A stretch of 64,000 nucleotides of DNA from positions 2,621-66,620 of IMG/VR virus record IMGVR_UViG_3300027973_000056. One strand, 5' to 3'. Shown piece by piece: positions 16,557-25,812 of the stretch; position 1 is the stretch's first letter; every line of letters starts with the position of its first letter. A model generated the notes under the pieces. The model made no database searches. It was not told the DNA's origin and saw nothing but the letters and a program-made list of their open reading frames with translations. This DNA comes from a virus. Both the position numbers and the translations under genes were made by a program.

Positions 16557-16629
16557 CGGTCCCGACGGGATTCGAACCCGTATCTCGCACCGTGACAGGG
16601 TGGAATTGTAACCATTCAACCACGGAACC
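16557..16629 (-). tRNA. tRNA-Asp(GTC)
   Basis: Cloverleaf, loop CTGTCAC. Confidence 0.9.
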
Positions 16630-16656
16630 GTGTATGGGGAGTTTCACCCCAAACTT

Positions 16657-17145
16657 TTACTCAACAAAGATATGATTATATTCCAATATTCTTCGTTTTA
16701 ATTTATTAACATATTGTGGGTCCTCGGCATAAACTTTACCGAGTAATGCAAAATATTGTTTTTTTGTCATATCATTACGTGATTTTAACATGTGGTCTTG
16801 CCACAATGAGTAATCATACACGCTATACCCCCAATCTTCGTATTTTGAGTAACCACTTTGGGTTTCCCCAATCTTTGCGGATTCTCTTTTACTTGGAACT
16901 TTCATTCCAAAAAGATTATTAGCTGATTTGAACAACTTTGATGTAAACTCTCCTGATTCTAATATAGCTTGTGCAAACACAATATCAGGAAATTTTATAC
17001 CATACTTAATTATCTGCTCATACAAACTTTCTTTTGAGATACTCTCTTGAGTATTTGATTCAATCTGTACTTGCTTCTCTTGTGCTTTGGTTGCCATTGT
17101 TCCTAACAATAACATCCCAGTCAATAAGAATGTTTTTAACTTCAT
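16657..17145 (-). CDS. GH73/FlgJ-like glucosaminidase with signal peptide
   Basis: AQAILESG, NNLFGMK and YAEDPQY motifs. Confidence 0.85.
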   Translation of the reverse strand: MKLKTFLLTGMLLLGTMATKAQEKQVQIESNTQESISKESLYEQIIKYGIKFPDIVFAQAILESGEFTSKLFKSANNLFGMKVPSKRESAKIGETQSGYSKYEDWGYSVYDYSLWQDHMLKSRNDMTKKQYFALLGKVYAEDPQYVNKLKRRILEYNHIFVE

Positions 17146-17225
17146 TTCTTTCTTTTTGTCTGTTTATGCTTCAGGATTGCTCCATCCACGATACTACAAC
17201 ATTGGAATTTTTCCACCTACCGCAG

Positions 17226-17297
17226 AGGCCCCTGTAGGATTTGAACCTACGACCAGTTGATTAACAGTCAACTGCTCTACCACTGAGCTAAAGGGCC
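17226..17297 (-). tRNA. tRNA-Asn(GTT)
   Basis: Cloverleaf, loop CTGTTAA. Confidence 0.9.
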
Positions 17298-17337
17298 TTA
17301 TAATAATAAATAAAATTTCCAATAAAGGAAACTTTTG

Positions 17338-17411
17338 TCGGGATGGCTGGATTCGAACCAACGGCCTCCACGTCCCAAACGTGGCGCGATACCTGACTAC
17401 GCTACATCCCG
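17338..17411 (-). tRNA. tRNA-Pro(TGG)
   Basis: C1-G72, loop TTTGGGA. Confidence 0.9.
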
Positions 17412-17416
17412 TAAAT

Positions 17417-17447
17417 AAAAAAACCCTGAAGGATAAGTTCAGGGTTT
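17417..17447 (-). terminator. attenuator terminator B
   Basis: AAACCCTGAA-CTTATCC-TTCAGGGTTT then T-tract ending 5 nt before tRNA-Pro; can alternatively pair with 17494-17486. Confidence 0.8.
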
Positions 17448-17468
17448 AAATAATTGGCTATAATATTG

Positions 17469-17567
17469 TTACCAACCACTCGCTTCTGAACTTACGCATA
17501 TAGTGCCCCCATCTCCATTAGGAGTTGTCGGCGTGTCTAAATTTGTATTTGTGTTCATAGTTTTCAT
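17469..17567 (-). CDS. putative attenuator leader peptide B (32 aa)
   Basis: MKTMNTNTNLDTPTTPNGDGGTICVSSEASGW*; 18 of the first 22 codons are T/N/D/P/G, the downstream tRNA set; TATTTAT at 17588-17582. Confidence 0.8.
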   Translation of the reverse strand: MKTMNTNTNLDTPTTPNGDGGTICVSSEASGW

Positions 17568-17622
17568 AGTACAATATTACAATAAATATATTCAAAATCA
17601 AATAAATCCCTATTTTAGTTTT

Positions 17623-18342
17623 TTAAGGTAATGTGTTACTACCTTTCAGGTAAAAGTCACCTACAACTTTTGGTCTTAATTCTGTACCTGAGTACGTACT
17701 ATAAACTCTGTATTCCCCAACAGGAATACGAGTTCCCGTGTAATTTAAAACATAATCAGATAATGTAGAATTAGTATTGAAAGGAGTTCTATATATCATA
17801 TTGGTATGCGCACTAGACATTCTTGATTGTCTCCAATTTGGGTTAGGTGTTGCATTCACAGGAATTAATACCATAATCCACACAAATTGATTATTAACTA
17901 AAGGACCATTAATTTTAACCGTTCCAAAATTATACACACCTGCCGAAGTTTGTGTAATATTTGATTGAATGACTGTAGGTAATGTTCCATTATACCAATA
18001 CGGCATATCAATATAATTTAACAAATCAGTATAATTTGTTGATTTGATTGGTGACCCAGTAAAAAAACCATAAAATGGAGTGTTTGTCGGGGTTTGTGTA
18101 CTACGAGGTCTTGTCTTTAAATAACTCACAATCATATTGAGTTTTGACTGAGGCTCAACAAAAATATAAACCTTTGGTCCAACTGATGAAACAGTCGGAG
18201 ATGTTGACATTGTTCTTAAGTCTTCTCCTTGAGTTGATTCAATTGAAGTTTGTTTAACTGGGTCATACACGTCGTCTTTTGTACAAGATACAAATAATAC
18301 CGATGTTGCGAAAATTGCAAGAAATAATTGTTTTAGTTTCAT
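17623..18342 (-). CDS. lipoprotein of unknown function
   Basis: Signal peptide with FVSC lipobox; TATCTTTG upstream. Confidence 0.75.
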   Translation of the reverse strand: MKLKQLFLAIFATSVLFVSCTKDDVYDPVKQTSIESTQGEDLRTMSTSPTVSSVGPKVYIFVEPQSKLNMIVSYLKTRPRSTQTPTNTPFYGFFTGSPIKSTNYTDLLNYIDMPYWYNGTLPTVIQSNITQTSAGVYNFGTVKINGPLVNNQFVWIMVLIPVNATPNPNWRQSRMSSAHTNMIYRTPFNTNSTLSDYVLNYTGTRIPVGEYRVYSTYSGTELRPKVVGDFYLKGSNTLP

Positions 18343-18411
18343 AGTTGTCTTTTTTTACAAAGATAATAAAATAATTTGATTTTGAAAATTATTTACAGAT
18401 ATTTATTCTTG

Positions 18412-18513
18412 ATGATAGACAATAATATTACGTGTCTTTTGGGAATTAACCAAAAATATGAGAACTCGGGAACGTTGAGATGTGGAAAACCTCGAACCAT
18501 AAACTATTGCTAA
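18412..18513 (+). CDS. 33-aa micropeptide or sRNA
   Basis: TATTTAT at 18400; MIDNNITCLLGINQKYENSGTLRCGKPRTINYC*; terminator 18531-18557. Confidence 0.35.
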   Translation: MIDNNITCLLGINQKYENSGTLRCGKPRTINYC

Positions 18514-18660
18514 ATCATTGGGATATTTTAAAGGGGTCGAAGTTCGTCCCCTTTTTTGTTTTTATCATCCAAATAAACTATGTTTGTAAAAATTGGATAA
18601 AATGTTTAGTAGACTAAATCCAAATATATATAAAAACATTACCGTCTAAACAATTACAGA

Positions 18661-21402
18661 ATGAGAGAAATTAAATCTTTTGATATTTTTGATACTTTAA
18701 TATCAAGAACTGTTGAAAATCCGATTGATATTTTTGACATTGTTGAAAAACAATTCCCGTATAATAATTTTAAAAATTTACGAATTCAGTCACAAAATCA
18801 ATCAAACCACACAATGGATTCAATTTATAATGAATTTAAAAATATCACAAATGAATCTGATGAAACCATAAATAAGTTAAGAGAATTTGAACTAATTACG
18901 GAAATGGAAAATACCATACCAATTTTTAGTAATATTTCAAAAATAAAAGACGGTGATATATTTGTTTCTGATATGTACCTGTCTTCAAATGAAATACGTA
19001 AATTACTTGATTATCATAATATAAATAAAAATACGGAGTTATTTGTTTCATCTGGAGGTAAATCAGATGGTACAATGTGGGAGGCTCTTACACAAACATA
19101 TAAAATTAATTCTCATTATGGTGACAATTATCATTCTGATATAATGATGGCCTCAAGATATGGAATAAAAGGGGTTTACACAGAAGCCTATAAATTCACA
19201 GTTTTAGAATCATATCTTATTCGAAATAATGAATTTGAGTTATGTCAACAAATAAGAAAATTTAGACTTGCAAATCCATATGATGAAAATACTATAGAAT
19301 ACAAAATATACGAACAACAAATTTCTTATAATATACCAATACTATTATTTATTTGTAATAAACTAGATGAAATTTTAATAAATGAAAATCGTAATACTGT
19401 ATTATTTCATTCAAGAGATGGGTGCTTATTAATAAAATTATTTTCTTACTTATACCCACAATATAAATCAATATATTTACATTCTAGCAGAATTATTAAT
19501 AATGATTATACCGATGACTATATTTCATATTTAAAAGAAAATTATGATAAAGATAGTTGTGTTTTATTTGATTTACATGGTTCATTAAACAGTGGGAAAA
19601 AACTTTTTACATCACTTTTTGAACATTTGCCTAGAATATTTATTTTTGACCTTTCTTATATTGAAAATTATATTAGTGAAATAACATATATCACAAATTA
19701 CTCAAGTAAAATAGAGGAGTTTAATCATGATTATAAAGGAACATTAGTTCAATTTATAAAGAATGAAGATATACGTACCCCAACTGAGCATCCTCTAAAA
19801 TATATTGATATAATTCATAGTATTTTTGATTCTTTTATAAAATATTTTGATGTAAATTTGAAAAAAAATCCAATATTGAACAATAATGATTTTTTTAAAA
19901 AATATTATGTAGAAACTGTATGTAAATCTGAAACTATTTTAAAAAACCAATTTGAATTTTTGAATCTTACCAAATTAGCAAACAAATATAACTCAGACAA
20001 AGGAAACCTTTTTTTGTGTGCTCACCATTACTCTATAAAGTACGAACAAATATTCAATGATATATTAAATTTTAAATTAGGAAGAAAAGATTTTTCTACA
20101 TTTGATTTATTAGAAATTGGATTAAATATATCAACCACAGAAGAATCAATCCCATCATTAATGATATGGAATGATTATTTTAATAAAAATATAAATATTA
20201 CAGGATTTGATATAGATAATCGTTTTTCAAAATTAAATATAGACCAAAATATAGATATTAAAATTGGTGACCAATCAAGTGAAAAGGACTTATTACAATT
20301 AAAAAATAAAAACTATGACATGATAATTGATGATGGTTATCATGCGTCAAAACATCAACAAATTACATTTAAAACATTGTGGCAAAACGTAAAACCAGGA
20401 GGATATTTTATTATTGAGGATTTACATTACCAACCAGAGCCAGAAACGTGCATAAAAACAAAAGAGTTATTTGAAAATTGGAAGAGCGATAATTGGATAG
20501 AAACTGAGTATATTAACTCAGATGAAATACAAATCATCAAAAAGGATATTGAAAGTATTGAATTTTATGACTCAAGCTCAAAAAATTGGGGGGATTCCGT
20601 AAAAAACGCGTTTGTGTATATTAAAAAAAAAGAAAGAATGAATATTATAAATGAAAACACTATGAATGAAATTATACAATATGAATTTCCAGTACCATCA
20701 CAGGCGGAAGAAAAATATTATTACACAGATAAATCAGCGATTTTGAATATCAGAAACATTTTAAGTAAAAATGGTAAGTATAATTATTGTGAAATTGGTT
20801 CTTATTTAGGAGGTTCATTAGTCCCCTTTTTAAGAGACCCTCAATGTGAGTATATACTATCAGTTGATGATAGAGGTAATATACAACCAGATGAAAGGGG
20901 TATTAGTTATGATTACAGGCATATTTCAACCCAAACTATGTTAGATACATTATCAAAGCATAGTTTAGATTTAACAAAATTAGAAACATTTGATGGTTCT
21001 GTACATGAATTAAATAAAAACATCAATAAATTTGATTTAGTTTTTATAGATGGTGAACATACCGATTATGCATGTTTTAGAGACTTTATGTATTCTCAAA
21101 AATACCTAAAAGAAAATTCAGTTGTTATGTTTCATGATAGTACTTTAGTATATAAATCATTAAAAATAATACAAGAATATCTGACATGTAATAATATAGT
21201 TCATAAATTTATTAAAATTCCAAATTCATCAGTAACGTTTATTTTTTTTGGTGATTATATTTCTTTGTGTACTGAATTTGAATCAGAAGATGTTGAAATT
21301 TTTTATAATAAGTCAGAAGAAGAGGTTCTTTACCATGTTATACAAAATAGAGTAGAGGGAAGTTTTATTATTAAAAATAAAACATACACAATAGGTGGGT
21401 AA
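18661..21402 (+). CDS. multidomain HAD-like hydrolase with two class I SAM methyltransferase domains
   Basis: SFDIFDTL/HYGDN..SD HAD motifs; LEIG..IIDDGYH..KPGG..IED; YCEIGSYLGGS..FIDGEH..FHD. Confidence 0.75.
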   Translation: MREIKSFDIFDTLISRTVENPIDIFDIVEKQFPYNNFKNLRIQSQNQSNHTMDSIYNEFKNITNESDETINKLREFELITEMENTIPIFSNISKIKDGDIFVSDMYLSSNEIRKLLDYHNINKNTELFVSSGGKSDGTMWEALTQTYKINSHYGDNYHSDIMMASRYGIKGVYTEAYKFTVLESYLIRNNEFELCQQIRKFRLANPYDENTIEYKIYEQQISYNIPILLFICNKLDEILINENRNTVLFHSRDGCLLIKLFSYLYPQYKSIYLHSSRIINNDYTDDYISYLKENYDKDSCVLFDLHGSLNSGKKLFTSLFEHLPRIFIFDLSYIENYISEITYITNYSSKIEEFNHDYKGTLVQFIKNEDIRTPTEHPLKYIDIIHSIFDSFIKYFDVNLKKNPILNNNDFFKKYYVETVCKSETILKNQFEFLNLTKLANKYNSDKGNLFLCAHHYSIKYEQIFNDILNFKLGRKDFSTFDLLEIGLNISTTEESIPSLMIWNDYFNKNINITGFDIDNRFSKLNIDQNIDIKIGDQSSEKDLLQLKNKNYDMIIDDGYHASKHQQITFKTLWQNVKPGGYFIIEDLHYQPEPETCIKTKELFENWKSDNWIETEYINSDEIQIIKKDIESIEFYDSSSKNWGDSVKNAFVYIKKKERMNIINENTMNEIIQYEFPVPSQAEEKYYYTDKSAILNIRNILSKNGKYNYCEIGSYLGGSLVPFLRDPQCEYILSVDDRGNIQPDERGISYDYRHISTQTMLDTLSKHSLDLTKLETFDGSVHELNKNINKFDLVFIDGEHTDYACFRDFMYSQKYLKENSVVMFHDSTLVYKSLKIIQEYLTCNNIVHKFIKIPNSSVTFIFFGDYISLCTEFESEDVEIFYNKSEEEVLYHVIQNRVEGSFIIKNKTYTIGG

Positions 21403-21465
21403 CATCTAAAAAAGATTCAATAAAATTTATATAAAAATTTCTTATCTTTGATAAAAGCGGATAAA

Positions 21466-21954
21466 ATGAGTACGGTATTGGTATTAAATTATGATTACAC
21501 CCCCCTAAATGTTACAACTATAAGGAGAGGGTTTGTATTGGTAGATAAGGGTAAGGCAGAGGTTGTTAAATCAGATGAATCACCTATTATGACTAGTTAT
21601 AAGATATACATACGCCCTGTAATCATCCGACTTTTAAAATACATCAAATATCAAACAAGAGGATTAAGAGCCAATAGAACAAGAATATATAAAAGAGATA
21701 GTTATGAATGTGTTTATTGTGGTTCAAAAAAAGATTTGACATTAGACCATGTTTTACCTAAATCAAGAGGTGGTGGAAACGAATGGACCAATCTTGTAAC
21801 ATCTTGTTTTAAATGTAATCTTAAAAAAGGTAGTAAAACACCTGATGAAGCCAAGATGACGATGAAACATAGACCTTTCGCTCCAACATTAATTAATGAG
21901 AACGTAGGAATGCAAAAGATTTGGAATGATTATCAAAAATCATTTGTTTATTAG
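21466..21954 (+). CDS. HNH endonuclease
   Basis: RDSYECVYCG..LTLDHVLPKSRGG..W.NLVTSC..CN..KG. Confidence 0.9.
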   Translation: MSTVLVLNYDYTPLNVTTIRRGFVLVDKGKAEVVKSDESPIMTSYKIYIRPVIIRLLKYIKYQTRGLRANRTRIYKRDSYECVYCGSKKDLTLDHVLPKSRGGGNEWTNLVTSCFKCNLKKGSKTPDEAKMTMKHRPFAPTLINENVGMQKIWNDYQKSFVY

Positions 21955-21983
21955 AATTTTTTACTAAAATTAAAAATACAGTT

Positions 21984-22256
21984 ATGTCAATAGAAACTAA
22001 ATTAAGGGGATTTTTGGTGTTATCAATTTTAATACTATTATGGGAAATGGTTATGTGGAATAATAGTATCATAACCGTGAAAGAACAAAAAAGTAAAATT
22101 GATAGTTTAACAAATATATCTGATAGTCTCCGTGATGAATCATTTGTCAATTCTATTGAAGCCAGTAGATATGAAATTGCCTTAGAAATTTATAAAGAAA
22201 AAAATCCTAAAGCAGTTGAAGAAATTGAATTAATAAAAACAACACAAACAGAATAA
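21984..22256 (+). CDS. hypothetical membrane-anchored protein
   Basis: N-terminal TM helix plus coiled coil. Confidence 0.65.
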   Translation: MSIETKLRGFLVLSILILLWEMVMWNNSIITVKEQKSKIDSLTNISDSLRDESFVNSIEASRYEIALEIYKEKNPKAVEEIELIKTTQTE

Positions 22257-22257
22257 A

Positions 22258-22563
22258 ATGCAAGAAGTAAATTACACAAATCCAGAAAAAGCAGGTGTAG
22301 GACAAAATCCTCAAGACCTAATGAACGCATCTTTAATTTTCGCAAGAGCTTTAGGATTAATCTTAAAGGATGGCGAAGGTATTGTAGTTGATGTCGTAGG
22401 TGATATCAATTTAGGTGAAGAAGTTAAAAAAGTGATTGTATTTGAACACAAAGACCAAGTACACATTTATAAATGTGAAGAAGATTTGGTTGAGGGGACT
22501 GCAGTAAACATGGACACAAATGAAAAAGGTCCTGAAACGACTGAAGTAGCTGAGGAGGCATAA
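22258..22563 (+). CDS. hypothetical protein
   Basis: 101-aa ORF in operon. Confidence 0.7.
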   Translation: MQEVNYTNPEKAGVGQNPQDLMNASLIFARALGLILKDGEGIVVDVVGDINLGEEVKKVIVFEHKDQVHIYKCEEDLVEGTAVNMDTNEKGPETTEVAEEA

Positions 22564-22584
22564 TCTTTTTTAAAAATATATAAA

Positions 22585-24252
22585 ATGAGGGTACTAGGAT
22601 TTTCGGTAGGCCATGATAAAGGCGCGGTTATTATTGAGAACGGAAAAGTTGTTGTTGGGATAACCCAAGAAAGACTTTCCAGAATAAAGCATGATGGTGC
22701 ATATCAAGGTGGCGTAATACCATTTGAATCAATAAATTATTGTCTAAGCTCTATGGGTATTACACATAGAGATATTGACTATTATGTTTATAGTACAACA
22801 GAAGTTGAAGATACTGTTTTTAGGCAGTTTTTTGCCAAGTATAGCGACCTTAGAAAAGAAATCTTATATTTCATTCCTCACCATTTAGCTCACGCATATT
22901 CAGCATTTTTTAGTTCAGGTCTTGAAGAATCTGCAGTTGTTGTTGCGGACGCCTCAGGAAGTATTTTAACCTTTAAAAACAAATTAAATCTTTGGTATGA
23001 AAAAACCAGAGATGGGTTAGATACCAATGAAGATTGGGCTGAAGGTATATCTATTTTTAAATTTAATAAAACGGAGCATAATGAAGTTTATAAAAAATGG
23101 ATAAAATACCCCGTTCCTCTTGAAACCGATGAATCAACCTCTTTAGGTACAATGTATTCAACAGGTTCATTACAGTTAATTTATGAACCTAATAGTCAGA
23201 CTTGGCCAGCAGGTAAATTAATGGGATTAGCATCTTATGCCGATATGGATATTGTTAATGAAGCTCCTCAATTTGTTCAAGAATTAGAAGATGATATTTT
23301 TATTTCAAATCATAAAATTTATCCAAAAGTTTCTTGGAAATCTGATTTCTTCTCAAGAGCTTGTGTTGCAGGAATTTACCAAAGGGAACAAGAAAGAGCC
23401 TCAATGATTTTAGCTAAAATGGCTAAAAAGTTCACTGATTCAAAAAATATTTGTGTTGTTGGTGGTTCTTTTTTAAACTGTAATTCAAATGAATTAATTT
23501 TAAACTCAGGATTATTTGAGAATTGTTACTTCATACCTCCTAGTGATGATAGTGGTATACCATTAGGATGTGCGTGGTACGCATATCAAAAAATAACCGA
23601 TATTGAATCTACAGAACAATTAATCCCATATTTTGGTAAATCTTACGATAAAGAAGATATTTTTACGGCATTAAATCAATTTCCAAATTTAAAGTACACT
23701 GAGTATCAGAACTTTGAAGATTTAACTGAAGAAATTTCATATTCTTTAACTCAAAATAGAGTAGTTGGATGGTTCCAAGGAGGGTCTGAAATTGGCCCAA
23801 GAGCATTAGGTAATCGTTCAATATTAGCGTCACCAATACAATCTTGGATGACAGGCCATATCAATAGTGATATTAAAAAAAGAGAGTGGTATCGACCATT
23901 TGCACCTGCTGTAATGTTTGAACACCAATCTGAAATTTTTGAGTCTTCAGATTATTCTCCTTATATGTTAGTAACAACAACAGTTAAAGAAGAATGGAGA
24001 AATAAAATTCCTGCAGTTACTCACATCGATAATTCCGCAAGACACCAATCAGTTACTGAACAAAATAATCTAAAGTTTTATTCTTTAATTAATAAATTTT
24101 ATGATAAGACAGGAGTACCTGTATTACTTAATACAAGTTTTAATGGGCCATCGGAACCTATTGTTGAAACGCCTTTAGACGCTATTAATACATTTTTGGA
24201 AACAAATTTAGACATCTTAGTTATTAATAATATTGTTATTATCCGTGAGTAA
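22585..24252 (+). CDS. carbamoyltransferase (NodU/CmcH family)
   Basis: HD..A, ERLSRIKH, HHLAHA, GKLMGLA, GPRALGNRS, RPFAP, LLNTSFN. Confidence 0.92.
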   Translation: MRVLGFSVGHDKGAVIIENGKVVVGITQERLSRIKHDGAYQGGVIPFESINYCLSSMGITHRDIDYYVYSTTEVEDTVFRQFFAKYSDLRKEILYFIPHHLAHAYSAFFSSGLEESAVVVADASGSILTFKNKLNLWYEKTRDGLDTNEDWAEGISIFKFNKTEHNEVYKKWIKYPVPLETDESTSLGTMYSTGSLQLIYEPNSQTWPAGKLMGLASYADMDIVNEAPQFVQELEDDIFISNHKIYPKVSWKSDFFSRACVAGIYQREQERASMILAKMAKKFTDSKNICVVGGSFLNCNSNELILNSGLFENCYFIPPSDDSGIPLGCAWYAYQKITDIESTEQLIPYFGKSYDKEDIFTALNQFPNLKYTEYQNFEDLTEEISYSLTQNRVVGWFQGGSEIGPRALGNRSILASPIQSWMTGHINSDIKKREWYRPFAPAVMFEHQSEIFESSDYSPYMLVTTTVKEEWRNKIPAVTHIDNSARHQSVTEQNNLKFYSLINKFYDKTGVPVLLNTSFNGPSEPIVETPLDAINTFLETNLDILVINNIVIIRE

Positions 24253-24315
24253 TATTTTTTTAGTAAATGTTGTGGGTTTAAATTAAAATTACTACATTTG
24301 TAAAAAATAAAATAC

Positions 24316-24996
24316 ATGAATATAGGACAAGATTTTCAAAACTACTACGTAAAACATTTAGGTAAGTCTTCATTAGACATACACAACTTTTCAAACCATA
24401 TTGAGTCTTCTATGACTCCGTATATTCTTGAAGAAAGAGAATTAAGAGCAACTCAAATTGACATCTTTTCAAGATTAATGAGAGATAGAATTTTATGGGT
24501 TGCAGGTCCTGTTAATGACCACATGTCCACCATTGTTCAAGCTCAATTAATGTTCTTGGATTCAAACGACAAAGCCGATATCACAATGCATATCGATTCT
24601 CCTGGTGGAAGTGTTAAATCAGGGTTATCTATGGTTGATGTAATGAATTATATCGCTTGTGATATTAAAACAATTAATACAGGTATGGCGGCTTCTATGG
24701 GTTCTGTATTATTAGGAGCAGGGACTAAAGGTAAAAGAAGTTCATTGAAATTCTCAAGGACTATGTTACACCAATCTTCTGGTGGAGCTGGAGGTAATAT
24801 TCAGGACGCAAGAGTTTCATTTAAAGAGTGGGAGAAAATAAACGACACTTTATTTGACTTATTAGGAGAATATTGTGGTAAGACATCTGAACAAGTTAAA
24901 CTTGACGCAACTCGTGATTTATGGTTGGATAGTCAAGAGGCTTTAGATTATGGTATTATTGACGAAATCGTTAAAACAAAAAAGAAGGGTATTTAA
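24316..24996 (+). CDS. clpP: ATP-dependent Clp protease proteolytic subunit
   Basis: DIFSRL, SPGGSV, AASMG (Ser), MLHQ (His), RD, YGIID. Confidence 0.95.
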   Translation: MNIGQDFQNYYVKHLGKSSLDIHNFSNHIESSMTPYILEERELRATQIDIFSRLMRDRILWVAGPVNDHMSTIVQAQLMFLDSNDKADITMHIDSPGGSVKSGLSMVDVMNYIACDIKTINTGMAASMGSVLLGAGTKGKRSSLKFSRTMLHQSSGGAGGNIQDARVSFKEWEKINDTLFDLLGEYCGKTSEQVKLDATRDLWLDSQEALDYGIIDEIVKTKKKGI

Positions 24997-25082
24997 CCCT
25001 TCTTTTTTTAGACTTTAGAACACCCCCTTTTTTCTTTTTGTTCACCAGTTTATGAAAATAACTTTTTAATGTTATTTTGGCA

Positions 25083-25802
25083 TTAAGATGTAGCGACTGC
25101 AGGTGTTAATGCTTTTTTACCAGCATCTAATAATCCACCAAGTCCACCTCCACTAGAAATATCAGTTTTTAACTTACCATAAACATCTGAAGCCTTATCG
25201 TTAATTTTTCCAAAAAGACTACAAACAGTAGAACTAAGTTGTTTTTCTAAACTTTCAATAAATTTATAATCTTTAACCGCTCCACCTAAAGCATTTCTAA
25301 TAAAAGTATAACCTTGACCCGATAATCCTTTTTCTCTTTGAATCATCATGGCAACAGCCTCAGTTAATGATTCAGCAATTAATTTAGTTAACTCTTCACA
25401 ACTTTTAAGTGCTTTTGCAAGTCTTAACGGATTTGAAGTTATAAATGAAACTAAGAAATCTTTAAAATATCCACCAAGTCCTATTGAACTTAAAAGTGAA
25501 TTAACTAAAGGTTCAACAATTGTTTGAGCAATGCCTCCTAATGAATTTCCAAAGATTTTACCTAAAAAATCCCATACTTGTTCATTCATTAAACCTTGTT
25601 CTTCAAGATAACCAATTTCTTCAAAAAGAGCATAAGCCATTTTTTGTTGCTTTTCTTCAGATAATCTTTTGAATTTTTTGATATTATCTTTTGATTCAAT
25701 AATCATCATGATTCTACTTTCAACTAATTTTTGCTCAATTAAAAGTTTCTCTTTTCTTTCTTTGGTCTCTAAAATAGACTTCTTTATTTCTTTTTTTAAC
25801 AT
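25083..25802 (-). CDS. hypothetical (probable virion) protein
   Basis: ATG 25802; IKKSILE/LLIEQ-type N-terminus. Confidence 0.7.
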   Translation of the reverse strand: MLKKEIKKSILETKERKEKLLIEQKLVESRIMMIIESKDNIKKFKRLSEEKQQKMAYALFEEIGYLEEQGLMNEQVWDFLGKIFGNSLGGIAQTIVEPLVNSLLSSIGLGGYFKDFLVSFITSNPLRLAKALKSCEELTKLIAESLTEAVAMMIQREKGLSGQGYTFIRNALGGAVKDYKFIESLEKQLSSTVCSLFGKINDKASDVYGKLKTDISSGGGLGGLLDAGKKALTPAVATS

Positions 25803-25812
25803 TGTCTTTTTT

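Noticed and set aside
16347-16675. ORFs 16347-16595, 16385-16615 and 16463-16675
   Set aside because: They overlap tRNA-Thr, Gly and Asp.
21466-21954. HNH gene as a mobile intron or homing element
   Set aside because: Free-standing with its own promoter; it interrupts no gene and shows no intron structure.
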